From Oceanispirochaeta sp. (GTDB lineage: Bacteria; Spirochaetota; Spirochaetia; DSM-2461): 64,000 nt of DNA. The notes beneath the pieces are model-generated. The model was not told the origin of the DNA. It ran no database searches and saw only the letters and a program-made list of their open reading frames with translations. Position 1 is the first letter of the stretch. Every line of letters starts with the position of its first letter. The stretch is taken from contig CAXXXD010000002.1 of the NCBI GenBank assembly GCA_963663385.2, positions 352,001 through 416,000 on the forward strand. Direction: 5' to 3'. The translations under genes and the position numbers were made by a program. Shown in pieces: positions 9,506-19,067 of the stretch.

Positions 9506-10249
9506 ATGTCAGAATTAGTATACGAAGTCAATCAGTTTAACGGGGCCATTATAGATGCGGGATCCCTGCCTGAGGAGGCAGCCGATTTTAAGGAGCTTTT
9601 GGGCAATACAATCAATAAGTTGAAAAAAGAGGAACGGAACACCCTCTGGATTAATATGCCTATTGAAAAAGCCGCCTATGTTCCCATTGCGGTTGATGCG
9701 GGATTTCAGTATCATCATGCGGATGCCGAAAACGTGGAGATGGTTTTAAAGCTCCATCCGGGCGCCTTTATCCCCGCCTATGCCACCCATTATATCGGAG
9801 CGGGCGGCGTTATTCTGGATGAACAGAACCGTATACTTGTTATTCAGGAACGTTTTCATACACGGAAGCATTACAAGCTCCCCGGCGGCGCTCTTGATCC
9901 GGGAGAACACATCTCCGACGCTGTTGTACGGGAAGTGTATGAGGAGACCGGGATCAGAACCGAGTTTCAGTACCTCAGCTGTTTCCGCCACTGGCACGGT
10001 TACCGTTACGGTAAATCGGATATCTACTTTGTCTGCCGGCTGAAGCCTCTCACATTTGAACTGAAACTGGATCCTCAGGAGATTTCCGCCGGTGTCTGGA
10101 TGCCCGTTGAGGAGTACCTGAATCATCCCGATACGCACCCCTTCAACCGGAAAATCGTCCGGACCGTACTGACAGGGAAGGGCTTGTCCCGGGAAGATAT
10201 CCCCGGTTACGGGTCCGATGAAACCCACGAAATGATGTTTGTGATGTAA
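9506..10249 (+). CDS. Nudix hydrolase (NUDT6/plant NUDT-like with pre-Nudix N-terminal domain)
   Basis: Nudix box GALDPGEHISDAVVREVYEETGI; N-terminal W..IP.....V..GF.YHHA and IP.YATH.IG, plus GKSDIYFVC. Confidence 0.9.
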   Translation: MSELVYEVNQFNGAIIDAGSLPEEAADFKELLGNTINKLKKEERNTLWINMPIEKAAYVPIAVDAGFQYHHADAENVEMVLKLHPGAFIPAYATHYIGAGGVILDEQNRILVIQERFHTRKHYKLPGGALDPGEHISDAVVREVYEETGIRTEFQYLSCFRHWHGYRYGKSDIYFVCRLKPLTFELKLDPQEISAGVWMPVEEYLNHPDTHPFNRKIVRTVLTGKGLSREDIPGYGSDETHEMMFVM

Positions 10250-10340
10250 GGAGTCCAGTCATTGCAGCTGAGCTGTATTATCTGGCGCTTTATTTCTAAT
10301 TGTTGACGGAAAGGAAGAATTGGTTCTATCCTTGTGAGGT

Positions 10341-11534
10341 ATGGCAAGGACAACGGCAACACTTATTAACCATCAGAATAAAATCACTATCCTTAACCTG
10401 ATTCGGCAGCAGGGAACCATCTCCCGGGCCAGACTGGCCAGGATCAGCGGGATGAGTGCTCCTACGGTAACCAGAATTGTAGACAGCCTGATACACTCTG
10501 AGCGGCTGGTCCGGGAGGCGGGGGAAGGAAACTCCAGCGGGGGACGCCGTCCCAACCTTGTGACATTTAATGGTGAAGAGCATTTCGTTATCGGTATAGA
10601 TCTTTCTCCGCGTTTTATTACAGCTGTCCTGACAGATTTGAACAGTCGGGTTCTTGTCTCAGAACGTCAGGCAACAAATCCCGATGATGGTTTTGAGACG
10701 ATTATAAAGAGAGTGGCTGAACTCATCCGCAAGCTTATAGGAGTATCCGGCCTGGACGAAGAGAAGATTATCGGTGTGGGAATGGGGATTGCCGGTTTTA
10801 TCAATGTCCATGAAAACATTGTTCTTACTTCTCCAAACTTCGGATGGGAGCGTGTTCATCCTGATGAAGAGCTGAAAAAATATTTGGGTTATCCAATTGT
10901 CTATGATAACCTGACCAGGGTTATGGCCCTGGGAGAACTCCATTACGGAGCAGGGGAACGGTTTGATAATTTTATCTGTCTCAAACTGGGAATGGGCCTG
11001 GGATCCGGTGTTATTCTGGACCGTAAACCGTTTTTCGGAGCCCATGGATACGGCAGTGAAGCGGGGCATACCATCATTCAGGCTGATAGTCTCTACCGCT
11101 GTAAATGCGGCAATAACGGTTGTTTTGAAGCCCTGGTTTCGGGGCAGTACATTCTGAAAAAAATCGAGACTCTGATCACATCTGATGAACTTGCAGAGCT
11201 GAATGACAGTATTGATCCGCTCGAAGCTGCCATTGACATGATTGCTTCAGACCCCGGGCGCTTCTCTCTCCTTCTGGGTGAGCTGACGGAAAACCTCTCC
11301 CTGGGTATAACCAACCTGATTCACTCCTATGATCCGGAAGCTATCGTGCTGGGTGGAGTAATCGCCGAACTGGGAGAACTGCTTATGGCTCCGGTAAGGG
11401 AGCGGGTTCGTAATCTGGTTGTACCTCACTTTCAAACGGAATGCGAAATTCTAAAAGTGTCGGCTGGTGAGCAATCTGTTGCCATGGGGGCTGTTGCGTT
11501 AATGCTGGAGCAGGTTCTCAATCTGAATATTTGA
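10341..11534 (+). CDS. ROK family transcriptional repressor (XylR/NagC type)
   Basis: N-terminal HTH ISRARLARISGMSAPTV, GGRRP, IGIDL, and a Zn motif EAGH...CKCGNNGCFE. Confidence 0.93.
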   Translation: MARTTATLINHQNKITILNLIRQQGTISRARLARISGMSAPTVTRIVDSLIHSERLVREAGEGNSSGGRRPNLVTFNGEEHFVIGIDLSPRFITAVLTDLNSRVLVSERQATNPDDGFETIIKRVAELIRKLIGVSGLDEEKIIGVGMGIAGFINVHENIVLTSPNFGWERVHPDEELKKYLGYPIVYDNLTRVMALGELHYGAGERFDNFICLKLGMGLGSGVILDRKPFFGAHGYGSEAGHTIIQADSLYRCKCGNNGCFEALVSGQYILKKIETLITSDELAELNDSIDPLEAAIDMIASDPGRFSLLLGELTENLSLGITNLIHSYDPEAIVLGGVIAELGELLMAPVRERVRNLVVPHFQTECEILKVSAGEQSVAMGAVALMLEQVLNLNI

Positions 11535-11602
11535 TGCAATAGTGATCTTAGTTTATCTTCCTATGTAAACAGGTAAAAGATATTTTACAAAACTATCTTT
11601 CA

Positions 11603-11648
11603 AACTGTTAAAAAGTATGTTGACAGTTCAAAAAAAGCGGCATACTAT
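11603..11648 (+). promoter_or_regulatory. Sigma70 promoter of the sulfatase operon with an overlapping inverted repeat
   Basis: TTGACA (11620-11625), 17 bp, TACTAT (11643-11648). Inverted repeat AACTGTTAA (11603-11611) / TTGACAGTT (11620-11628). Confidence 0.55.
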
Positions 11649-11671
11649 TACACATATCTAAAAGGATTATT

Positions 11672-13120
11672 ATGAAGATGAATCAGAACAGTATACTTTT
11701 TATATCCATGGATCAGCTGTCCCTTCATGCGCTGAGCTGCTACAGCTCCTACCTGTGCGAAACCCCGGCAATCGATTCATTGGCGGATGACGGCGTGCGC
11801 TTTACAAAGTGTTATACTCCCTGCGCTCTCTGCACCCCGGCCAGAGCCAGTATCCTTTCCGGACTTTACCCCCATAATCATGGGGCCCTTCATAATTCGG
11901 GGATCATGATTCCCCTGGATGAGAACGAGATCGGCGGAAGACTGGAGCTTTTTCCGGAAGTTCTCAGAGGGAAAGGCTATAATCTGGGGTACCAGGGGAA
12001 ATGGCATGCGGGTGTTGCTCCGACAGCAAATGATGCGGGATTTGAGGGGTTCGGTCCGGCAGATTACGGGCATTACAAGGAATCTGCCAACTATGCGCCC
12101 TACCTGAAAAAGAACGGTTTGGAGCCTGTTGAAGAGGTTATAGAGTTTTATGCCCAATCGGAAGATAACTGGATGGACTCCTCCGGTTTTACACGGGGGG
12201 ATATAAGGGCAACAGGCAGCTACTTTCTGACAGAAGAGACGATCCGGCAGTTGGAAGAGCTTACCGGTCAGGAAAGACCTTTTTTTCACTGGCTCAGCTT
12301 CTGGGGCCCTCATGCACCCTACTGGCCCCATGAGAAGTTTCTGGACTACTTCCCTCCGGAGAAGGTTCGGAAATGGGCCTCTTTTGAGGAGTCCTGGGAG
12401 AAAAAGCCCCTTGCTTACCGCCGCTTCCGGGAATCTGTGATGCCCCGGGCCACCAGGGCAGACTGGGAGGAGTGGAGCCGGATTATATCCCGCTACTACG
12501 CTCAGACCCGTATGATCGATGATCAGATTGGCCGGCTGTTTACAAGGTTGAAAGAGATGGGTATCTATGACGAATTGACCATTGTGTTTACGGCTGATCA
12601 TGGGGATTCTCTCGGTATTCACGGAGGTATTTTTGATAAGGGTCCCATGGCTTTTGAACAGATTTACAATATCCCCCTTATTATCAAACTTCCCGGTGGA
12701 AAAAGGGCTGGGGAAACAATCGACTCCTATGTTTCTCTACTGGACCTGGCCCCTACTTTCTGTTCAATTGCAGAAGGTTGTATGAAGGGAAGCGATGGGA
12801 AATCCCTCCTTTCATTACTGAATGGCTCAACAGACGAATTACGGGATGACTTCCTGGCAGAATTTCACGGGCACCGATTCCCTGTGGGGCAGAGAATCGT
12901 CTGGTGGAAGGACTATAAATACGTATTGAACTTTGCCGACAGGGATGAGATGTACCATGTGAAGGATGACCCTGAGGAAATGAATAATCTTATCGATGAT
13001 GAGAGTGTTCCCGAAATCCGGCAGGAGCTCCGAACAAGGATGCTGAGAAATCTCGAAGAGTCAGGGGATAATCTTCATCCCCAGGCTTACCGGCTTCTCA
13101 GTCACCCGGAGGTGGTGTAA
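11672..13120 (+). CDS. Sulfatase (formylglycine-dependent, Cys-type), cytoplasmic
   Basis: DQ metal motif, CTPARASILSG signature, GKWH, PHAP, TADHG; no signal peptide. Confidence 0.93.
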   Translation: MKMNQNSILFISMDQLSLHALSCYSSYLCETPAIDSLADDGVRFTKCYTPCALCTPARASILSGLYPHNHGALHNSGIMIPLDENEIGGRLELFPEVLRGKGYNLGYQGKWHAGVAPTANDAGFEGFGPADYGHYKESANYAPYLKKNGLEPVEEVIEFYAQSEDNWMDSSGFTRGDIRATGSYFLTEETIRQLEELTGQERPFFHWLSFWGPHAPYWPHEKFLDYFPPEKVRKWASFEESWEKKPLAYRRFRESVMPRATRADWEEWSRIISRYYAQTRMIDDQIGRLFTRLKEMGIYDELTIVFTADHGDSLGIHGGIFDKGPMAFEQIYNIPLIIKLPGGKRAGETIDSYVSLLDLAPTFCSIAEGCMKGSDGKSLLSLLNGSTDELRDDFLAEFHGHRFPVGQRIVWWKDYKYVLNFADRDEMYHVKDDPEEMNNLIDDESVPEIRQELRTRMLRNLEESGDNLHPQAYRLLSHPEVV

Positions 13121-13122
13121 GC

Positions 13123-13476
13123 ATGGCTATATACTGCCGGATGATCCGGGTTAAACCGGAGAATAGAGAAGAGTACGTCCGTTTGCATCAGAATCCCAGA
13201 CAGGAAGTACGGGATGTCATGATTGCCAGCGGCATAACCAGACATGCCATTTTTAACAAGGAAAATCTTCTGGTCTCCGTATTTGAGTATGAGGGATCGG
13301 ATTTCGAAGCTGATATGAAAGCTGTTGGTGATCATCCGGCTACAAAGGTATGGTGGGAGATAATAAACCCTATGCAGGAGCCCATGGAAAACAGGTCTCC
13401 CGGCGAATGGTGGACCATGTTTGAGCCGGTAACGGCATACGGTTGGGAAATATCAGAAACAGGCGGTAATAAATGA
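13123..13476 (+). CDS. rhaM: L-rhamnose mutarotase family protein
   Basis: EEYVRLH, GI....IF, FEYEGSDFEADM and WW...PMQ.P......EWW..FE match the RhaM pattern. Confidence 0.8.
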   Translation: MAIYCRMIRVKPENREEYVRLHQNPRQEVRDVMIASGITRHAIFNKENLLVSVFEYEGSDFEADMKAVGDHPATKVWWEIINPMQEPMENRSPGEWWTMFEPVTAYGWEISETGGNK

Positions 13477-14312
13477 TTAAAACAATCCACAGGAAAACAG
13501 CTAAACTGCAGGCATATATCATACTGATTATCAGTGCTGTTCTGGTCCTTTTTCCCGTGATATGGATGATCTCGGTCTCAATCAGGCCCAATAATCAGGT
13601 TTTCGAGTTCCCTGCCAGGTTTATTCCAGGAACATTTACGGGAGAAGCGTATATTAACGTTCTTACCAACAGCCGCTACCTGAACTACTTTCTGAACAGT
13701 TATATAATCGGCTGTGTTGTAACTGTTATTTCGACTGTCATCGGTATTATGGCCGGTTACGGACTCTCCCGTTATCAGTTCCATGGCCGTAAGGTATTCA
13801 GTATGTTTGTTGTGGCTACGCAAACCGTACCGAAGGTGGCTTTGCTGATCCCGTTTTTTATCATGATGACCAGGCTGCATCTCTACAATACACGATTCGG
13901 ACTGATTCTGACTTATACCTCATTTGCTCTGCCCTATGCGGTGGTGATGATGCAGGGGTATTTCAATTCAGTTTCTACAGAACTGGATGAAGCGGCTCTG
14001 ATAGACGGGCTTCACCGCTTCAGAATCCTCTGGCAGGTTATTGTGCCTGTTACAATTCCGGCCATCATTTCCACAATGATCTATACTTTTATCCTTTCCT
14101 GGAACGAGTTTATTTTTGTGATGACTCTGATTCAGGATGATGCCCTCAGAACCATCCCTGTCGGGATTGCCATGATGAAAGGAGAGACAACCTATCAGTG
14201 GAATATGATGATGGCCATGTCCCTTGTCGGTACACTGCCAGTTCTGATTTTCTATCTGATAGGGCAGAAGTATTTTATATCCGGACTTTCTGAAGGTTCT
14301 GTCAAAGGATAG
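13473..14312 (+). CDS. Carbohydrate ABC transporter permease (MalG type)
   Basis: EAA loop LDEAALIDG, SWNEF, C-terminal QKYFISGLSEGSVKG. Confidence 0.95.
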   Translation: MIKTIHRKTAKLQAYIILIISAVLVLFPVIWMISVSIRPNNQVFEFPARFIPGTFTGEAYINVLTNSRYLNYFLNSYIIGCVVTVISTVIGIMAGYGLSRYQFHGRKVFSMFVVATQTVPKVALLIPFFIMMTRLHLYNTRFGLILTYTSFALPYAVVMMQGYFNSVSTELDEAALIDGLHRFRILWQVIVPVTIPAIISTMIYTFILSWNEFIFVMTLIQDDALRTIPVGIAMMKGETTYQWNMMMAMSLVGTLPVLIFYLIGQKYFISGLSEGSVKG

Positions 14313-14424
14313 GACCAGGCATTTGCAGGATGGCGGCAGCAGCATTCATTGCTGTCCGGGCCGATCTTATCGGCATTTAACTGGAACCAGGCAAAGTGGA
14401 ATTTGCTAAAAAAGGAGAGGCAAT

Positions 14425-15699
14425 ATGAAAAAAATTATTTTTATTCTGTTCTCGATTATGCTGGCGGGAGCTCCCGTTGTGGCAGGGGGACAAAGTGAAA
14501 GCGGCGCGGAGAGTGGACCGGTAACCATTGAGTTTCTGCAGTGGTGGGGTACCGAAGGGGATGTAGGACCTTCTCTTGAAGGTCTGGTGGCTGATTTTGA
14601 AAAGGAAAATCCCGATATCAAAGTCAAACTGGTCTCCCTGCCTTTCGGGGACACCCAGAAGCTGATTGTGGCAAACCATGCCGCCGGTATCATTGCTGAT
14701 GTGGTGGGACTGAACCCTCCCTGGACAAGAGAGTTTGTCGATATGGGCATTCTGGAGCCATTGGATGATTATATGGCCAATGATCCGGTGTTCAACAGGG
14801 AGGATTACTTTCCCGCTTCCATGGCTCCAATAAAGGGCAAGACCTACCTTGCCCCCTATAACACCCTCAGTTTCTTCCTCTATTACAATAAGGATCTGTT
14901 TGCTGCAGCAGGACTTGATGCACCGGAGAATTGGGCTGAAATTGTCAGCGCTGCCAAAGCCGCAACCGATGTGAACGCCAATAAATACGGATTTACACTG
15001 TCCCTGAGTGAAGGCGGGGCGTCCAATGGTTCCATCTTGTCTCTCTATCCTCTCCTTTATGCCGCTAACGGCCGGACTCTGGTGGATGGAAAATACTCCT
15101 GCCAGACTGATGAAATGAAGGCAGCCATGGAGCTGATCAGTGAATTGAGTCAGGACGGGTCAATTGTTCCCGGCGAAACTGTTAAAAATGGCGCCATGAT
15201 GATAGAGGAATTTTCCCTGGGAAATATTGCCATGATGATTCAGAATGATGCTCATGTGGCGACTCTTGCTGTAAAAAATCCCGATCTGAACTATGGCATT
15301 ATTCCAATTCCGACTATCGACGGAAGCGGAAGCCCTGAACTCAGGCATCATGGCTGGGATCTGGGACTTACGTCAAAAGGCAAAAACAAGGATGCGGCCT
15401 GGAAGTTTATCTCCTTCCTGCTCAGAAAGGACAATATGGTCCGCGCAGGAATCGAAATGAAGAAAACACCCTCAATGTACGGTCTGACCCCACCTGCAAA
15501 TGCTTCGGAACCGGAAAAACTGGCTCTTCAGTATCTTTCTGAATACAATTTAGTGGAAGAACTGATGAAGATGCCTTCGGCCGGAGCCTGCTGGTCTGAG
15601 CTGACTAAGGCAGGTGTCAAGGTCCTTTCCGGTTTTTCCACTACAGAAGATGCTCTGGCCGAGTGTCAGAAAGAGTGGGACAGAATACTGGGACAGTAA
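14425..15699 (+). CDS. Carbohydrate ABC transporter substrate-binding protein
   Basis: Signal peptide; FEKENPDIKV, LYYNKDLF..AGL..P.NW and AAWKFI motifs; AAGGAG RBS. Confidence 0.93.
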   Translation: MKKIIFILFSIMLAGAPVVAGGQSESGAESGPVTIEFLQWWGTEGDVGPSLEGLVADFEKENPDIKVKLVSLPFGDTQKLIVANHAAGIIADVVGLNPPWTREFVDMGILEPLDDYMANDPVFNREDYFPASMAPIKGKTYLAPYNTLSFFLYYNKDLFAAAGLDAPENWAEIVSAAKAATDVNANKYGFTLSLSEGGASNGSILSLYPLLYAANGRTLVDGKYSCQTDEMKAAMELISELSQDGSIVPGETVKNGAMMIEEFSLGNIAMMIQNDAHVATLAVKNPDLNYGIIPIPTIDGSGSPELRHHGWDLGLTSKGKNKDAAWKFISFLLRKDNMVRAGIEMKKTPSMYGLTPPANASEPEKLALQYLSEYNLVEELMKMPSAGACWSELTKAGVKVLSGFSTTEDALAECQKEWDRILGQ

Positions 15700-15726
15700 A
15701 TATATATAAGTAAAAATAAAAAAAAC

Positions 15727-15759
15727 GAATGGCTGGTGAAATATTTTCATCAGCCATTC
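15727..15759 (+). other. Intercistronic stem-loop downstream of the SBP gene
   Basis: GAATGGCTGGTGAAA / TTTCATCAGCCATTC, a 15-bp stem with one G-U pair and no U tract. Confidence 0.65.
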
Positions 15760-15779
15760 TATCAGGGGAAAGGTACGGG

Positions 15780-16670
15780 ATGACAGATTTATATAAGCAG
15801 AAAAAAATATTGAAAAACAACCTGGAGGCTTTTACTTTTACAGGGCCCGCAGCAATTGTACTTTTTATGGTAATGGCTCTTCCAATCGTCATGGTTGTGT
15901 ATTACAGTTTTTTCCAGAATATGATAATGGACAACACACCGTTTTCCGGATTGCGGAACTACTCGTATTTTCTGTCGGATCCCGATATCCTTAAAATGGT
16001 CCGTTTTACCATACTTTTTACTGTGGGTAGTGTTTGCTCCCATCTTGTAATCGGTTTGTTTCTGGCTACCAAACTTAATGCGGACATCAACTCCATCGCT
16101 CTGGGAATTCTGCGGGCGATCTTTATTCTTCCCTGGATATTTACGGCAGCTGTTGTTGCGGTGGGCTGGCAGTTGGTACTTCTGCCTCAGGGAATACTGA
16201 ATTCTGTTCTCAGTTCCATTGCGGGAGAGCGGATTCTTGTGGATTACCTGGGAAAACCGCTGACTGCCATGCTTACCCTGATTGCCGTGAACGCCTGGAG
16301 GGGGTATCCCTTCTGTATGACCAGTTTTCTGGCCGGACTGCAGAGTATCCCCGGAGCGCTGTACGAAGCGGCTTCCATTGACGGTGCAAACAGAACTCAG
16401 CAGTTTTTCAGGATTACCCTGCCTCAGTTGATGCCTGTCATTCTGAGTGTTGTGTTACTGGATTCCATCTGGACCCTGAACCTCTTTCCCCTGATCTGGC
16501 TTTTGACAGGAGGCGGTCCCCTGAATTCAACGGATACCATTGCAACCTTTACCTACCGCTATGCCTTTGTGGATTACCAGTTCGGTTTTGCTTCAGCCGC
16601 TGTAACGGTAGGACTGGTCGTTACCATGATATTTACCTATTTCTATGTAAAAAGGCAGAAGGCTGTATAA
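15780..16670 (+). CDS. Carbohydrate ABC transporter permease (MalF type)
   Basis: LAGLQSIP..LYEAASIDGA...FFRITLP and LTGGGP motifs. Probable start is the ATG at 15780 (MTDLYK). Confidence 0.93.
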   Translation: MTDLYKQKKILKNNLEAFTFTGPAAIVLFMVMALPIVMVVYYSFFQNMIMDNTPFSGLRNYSYFLSDPDILKMVRFTILFTVGSVCSHLVIGLFLATKLNADINSIALGILRAIFILPWIFTAAVVAVGWQLVLLPQGILNSVLSSIAGERILVDYLGKPLTAMLTLIAVNAWRGYPFCMTSFLAGLQSIPGALYEAASIDGANRTQQFFRITLPQLMPVILSVVLLDSIWTLNLFPLIWLLTGGGPLNSTDTIATFTYRYAFVDYQFGFASAAVTVGLVVTMIFTYFYVKRQKAV

Positions 16671-16736
16671 AAGTTCTATTTAATGAAGAGCCCCGATTCT
16701 TATCAGGTAAAAGTCGGGTTCTTTTTTTCTATTCTT

Positions 16737-17363
16737 CTACCGAATCTGCTCCATGGTCATCATAAGGAATCCGGAAAAAGCCGCATTGCCTGGAGAAAGC
16801 GACGGATCCACATGGCCTTTCATTCCGTTGATAATATCCCTGTAACGCCTGTAAAAATCATAGCTGGGCTGCGGCCTGTAAACCAGATTTTCAATCTCAA
16901 ATACGGAAATAACGTTTTTTACCGTAGTCGGTTTAATAAAAACGTCCCTGTCCGGACGAAGGTAGGCGGGGATAACTGTCATAAGAGTCCATTTGGCCAG
17001 TTTCCCCATTCTGAGAATACCCAGAAACTGATTGAATCCTTTTTCTTCATCCATGTAGAGCATTTCATGAAGCCCGTTTATCATCTGTTCCAGTTCATTG
17101 CTGTTAAGGGAGCGCGTATAATCCCGGAATCTGGGCTTTTCGAAAACCGAAACCATGGAGGAGGCGCTGACGAATTTCGTCAGGTTTTCGCTGAGTTCCC
17201 CGGTGCGGGAAAAGCTGTCTTCAGAAAACTGTTCCGCCGCCCGGGGGATCAGTTTGTCCATCCTGTGCTTTTTTCCGATGGCAACCATTTCCGGATCGGC
17301 AAACCCGCCGGGGTATCGATGGAAAAATGCGGCCTCTGCCGCTTTAAGTTTTTCAATGTTCAT
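16737..17363 (-). CDS. Hypothetical protein (208 aa)
   Basis: AGGAG RBS; protein-like composition (YPGGFADP, KWTLMTVIPAY..P...VFIKPTT); function not recognised. Confidence 0.8.
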   Translation of the reverse strand: MNIEKLKAAEAAFFHRYPGGFADPEMVAIGKKHRMDKLIPRAAEQFSEDSFSRTGELSENLTKFVSASSMVSVFEKPRFRDYTRSLNSNELEQMINGLHEMLYMDEEKGFNQFLGILRMGKLAKWTLMTVIPAYLRPDRDVFIKPTTVKNVISVFEIENLVYRPQPSYDFYRRYRDIINGMKGHVDPSLSPGNAAFSGFLMMTMEQIR

Positions 17364-17452
17364 AGTCAGCGCCTCTCCTGCCGGCAGTATAGAGACCGGT
17401 AAGAGATCAGTATACTGCCCATTCAGGAAAAATGTCTATTTACGATTGCGTT

Positions 17453-18946
17453 TCACCACTCCAGCCTGATAAGTTCCTCCAGCTGCTGCCAGGGAGCGGA
17501 TTCTTCCGGAGTCAGATGAATCCCCGGTGTGCTCCTGCCCCGGTTGATCACGTCAAGGCAGAGATCTTTCAGCTCCCGGCATTTTACCGGGTTGGATGCG
17601 TAGAGGTTGGTCGTCTCATAGGGATCAAGTGAGAGATCGTAGAGCTGCACGGGACCGTCTTTTTCGCTCTCATCGATCCGGTTGCCCCCTGAACCGGCAT
17701 GGAGCAGCATCTTCCACTGCCCCTTTCTGACTGCCCACTTGCCTTCACAGGAGTGATGCACGGCGAAATCCCTGTAATCCGGAGCGTCCTGTTCATAAAG
17801 GAGAGGGGTCATATCATAGCTGTCCTCTCCCTGATCTTCCGGGTAGGTCAGGCCGGCGGCGGCAGCAGCGGTGGCGAAGAAATCGGCCAGTTCCACAAAT
17901 CGGTCGCACCGAACCCCCTCCGGTATGGTGCCGGGACGGCTGACAATGTAGGGAACCCGGTGTCCCCCCTCCCAGTTATCCCGTTTCATGCCCCGGAATT
18001 TCCAGGTGCTGTCATGACCGAATTTCTCCCGGTAGGCGGCGGTCAGTGTTTCAGGGCCGTTATCGCTGGAGAAGAAGATCAGCGTCTCCTCCCTGATGCC
18101 CAGCTCATCTACGGTCCTGACAATATCTCCCAGCACCTGGTCTATTTCCATCACGAAATCCCCGTAGATTCCGCAGCCGCTTTTTCCCAGAAACTCTTTA
18201 TTGGGCACAATGGGAGTATGGGGGCCGTTCACCGGAAGATAGAGGAAAAACGGATTTCCGGCGACGGTCTGTTCCTTAATAAAGTCAATGGATTTTTTCT
18301 TCAGGGCGGGCAGAACATCCTCATGCCTCCAGCCTTTGGCGCATATGCCTTCCCGGGCCCGGAGTTCCAGAGAGGGGCCGGCGGGGCTCACTGAATCGGG
18401 GATAACCGTAGCCTTGTCGTTTTCGATAAACACATAGGGGCTCATGTCCAGGCTGGCGGAGAGACCGAAAAAATAATCGAATCCCGCATCCACCGGACCG
18501 TTTTTAACGGGTTGGGAAAAATCCACCATTTCGTTCAGATCCCTTTCAACCGTTCCGTCCAGTTCCTGGACAAAGGCGGATCCCTTTGATTCCGGTTTTA
18601 AAGTCCAGTCCATACCTATATGCCACTTCCCGATACAGGCCGAACGATAGCCTCCCTCCTTCAGAAGAGAGGGAACCGTCGTCCGGTCCGGTTTAATCAG
18701 CGAGGGGCTGTATCCGCCGTTAACCCCCTGTTTCATGGGGGTCCGCCAGCAGTAACGGCCTGTCATAAGCGTGTACCGGCTGGGGGTGCAGACCGCCGAT
18801 CCGGCATGGGCATCGGTAAAGCTCATACCCCGTCCCGCCAGGGCGTCAATATGGGGCGTACTGATCCGCGAGTCGGGATTGAGACAGCTCACATCCCCCC
18901 AGCCCAGATCATCGCAGAACATAAAAATAATATTGGGTTTACTCAT
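17453..18946 (-). CDS. Arylsulfatase-like sulfatase (Cys-type), cytoplasmic
   Basis: KPNIIFMFCDDLGWGD, CTPSRYTLMTGRY, GKWHIG, PHTP and SDNG. Probable start is the ATG at 18946 after AGGAG. Confidence 0.95.
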   Translation of the reverse strand: MSKPNIIFMFCDDLGWGDVSCLNPDSRISTPHIDALAGRGMSFTDAHAGSAVCTPSRYTLMTGRYCWRTPMKQGVNGGYSPSLIKPDRTTVPSLLKEGGYRSACIGKWHIGMDWTLKPESKGSAFVQELDGTVERDLNEMVDFSQPVKNGPVDAGFDYFFGLSASLDMSPYVFIENDKATVIPDSVSPAGPSLELRAREGICAKGWRHEDVLPALKKKSIDFIKEQTVAGNPFFLYLPVNGPHTPIVPNKEFLGKSGCGIYGDFVMEIDQVLGDIVRTVDELGIREETLIFFSSDNGPETLTAAYREKFGHDSTWKFRGMKRDNWEGGHRVPYIVSRPGTIPEGVRCDRFVELADFFATAAAAAGLTYPEDQGEDSYDMTPLLYEQDAPDYRDFAVHHSCEGKWAVRKGQWKMLLHAGSGGNRIDESEKDGPVQLYDLSLDPYETTNLYASNPVKCRELKDLCLDVINRGRSTPGIHLTPEESAPWQQLEELIRLEW

Positions 18947-19067
18947 AACAATTATCTCCTGACATGGTTTCTGTTTACCTGAAACAGTGGTCATGTAGAT
19001 AAATTATAACATGACCTGGGGAAACCAGGTATTGTATCCTTTCACCATTGGTGGTATATTTTCACCA

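Noticed and set aside
16683..17402. 239-aa plus-strand ORF as the real gene
   Set aside because: The minus-strand 208-aa ORF has the RBS and a more protein-like composition.
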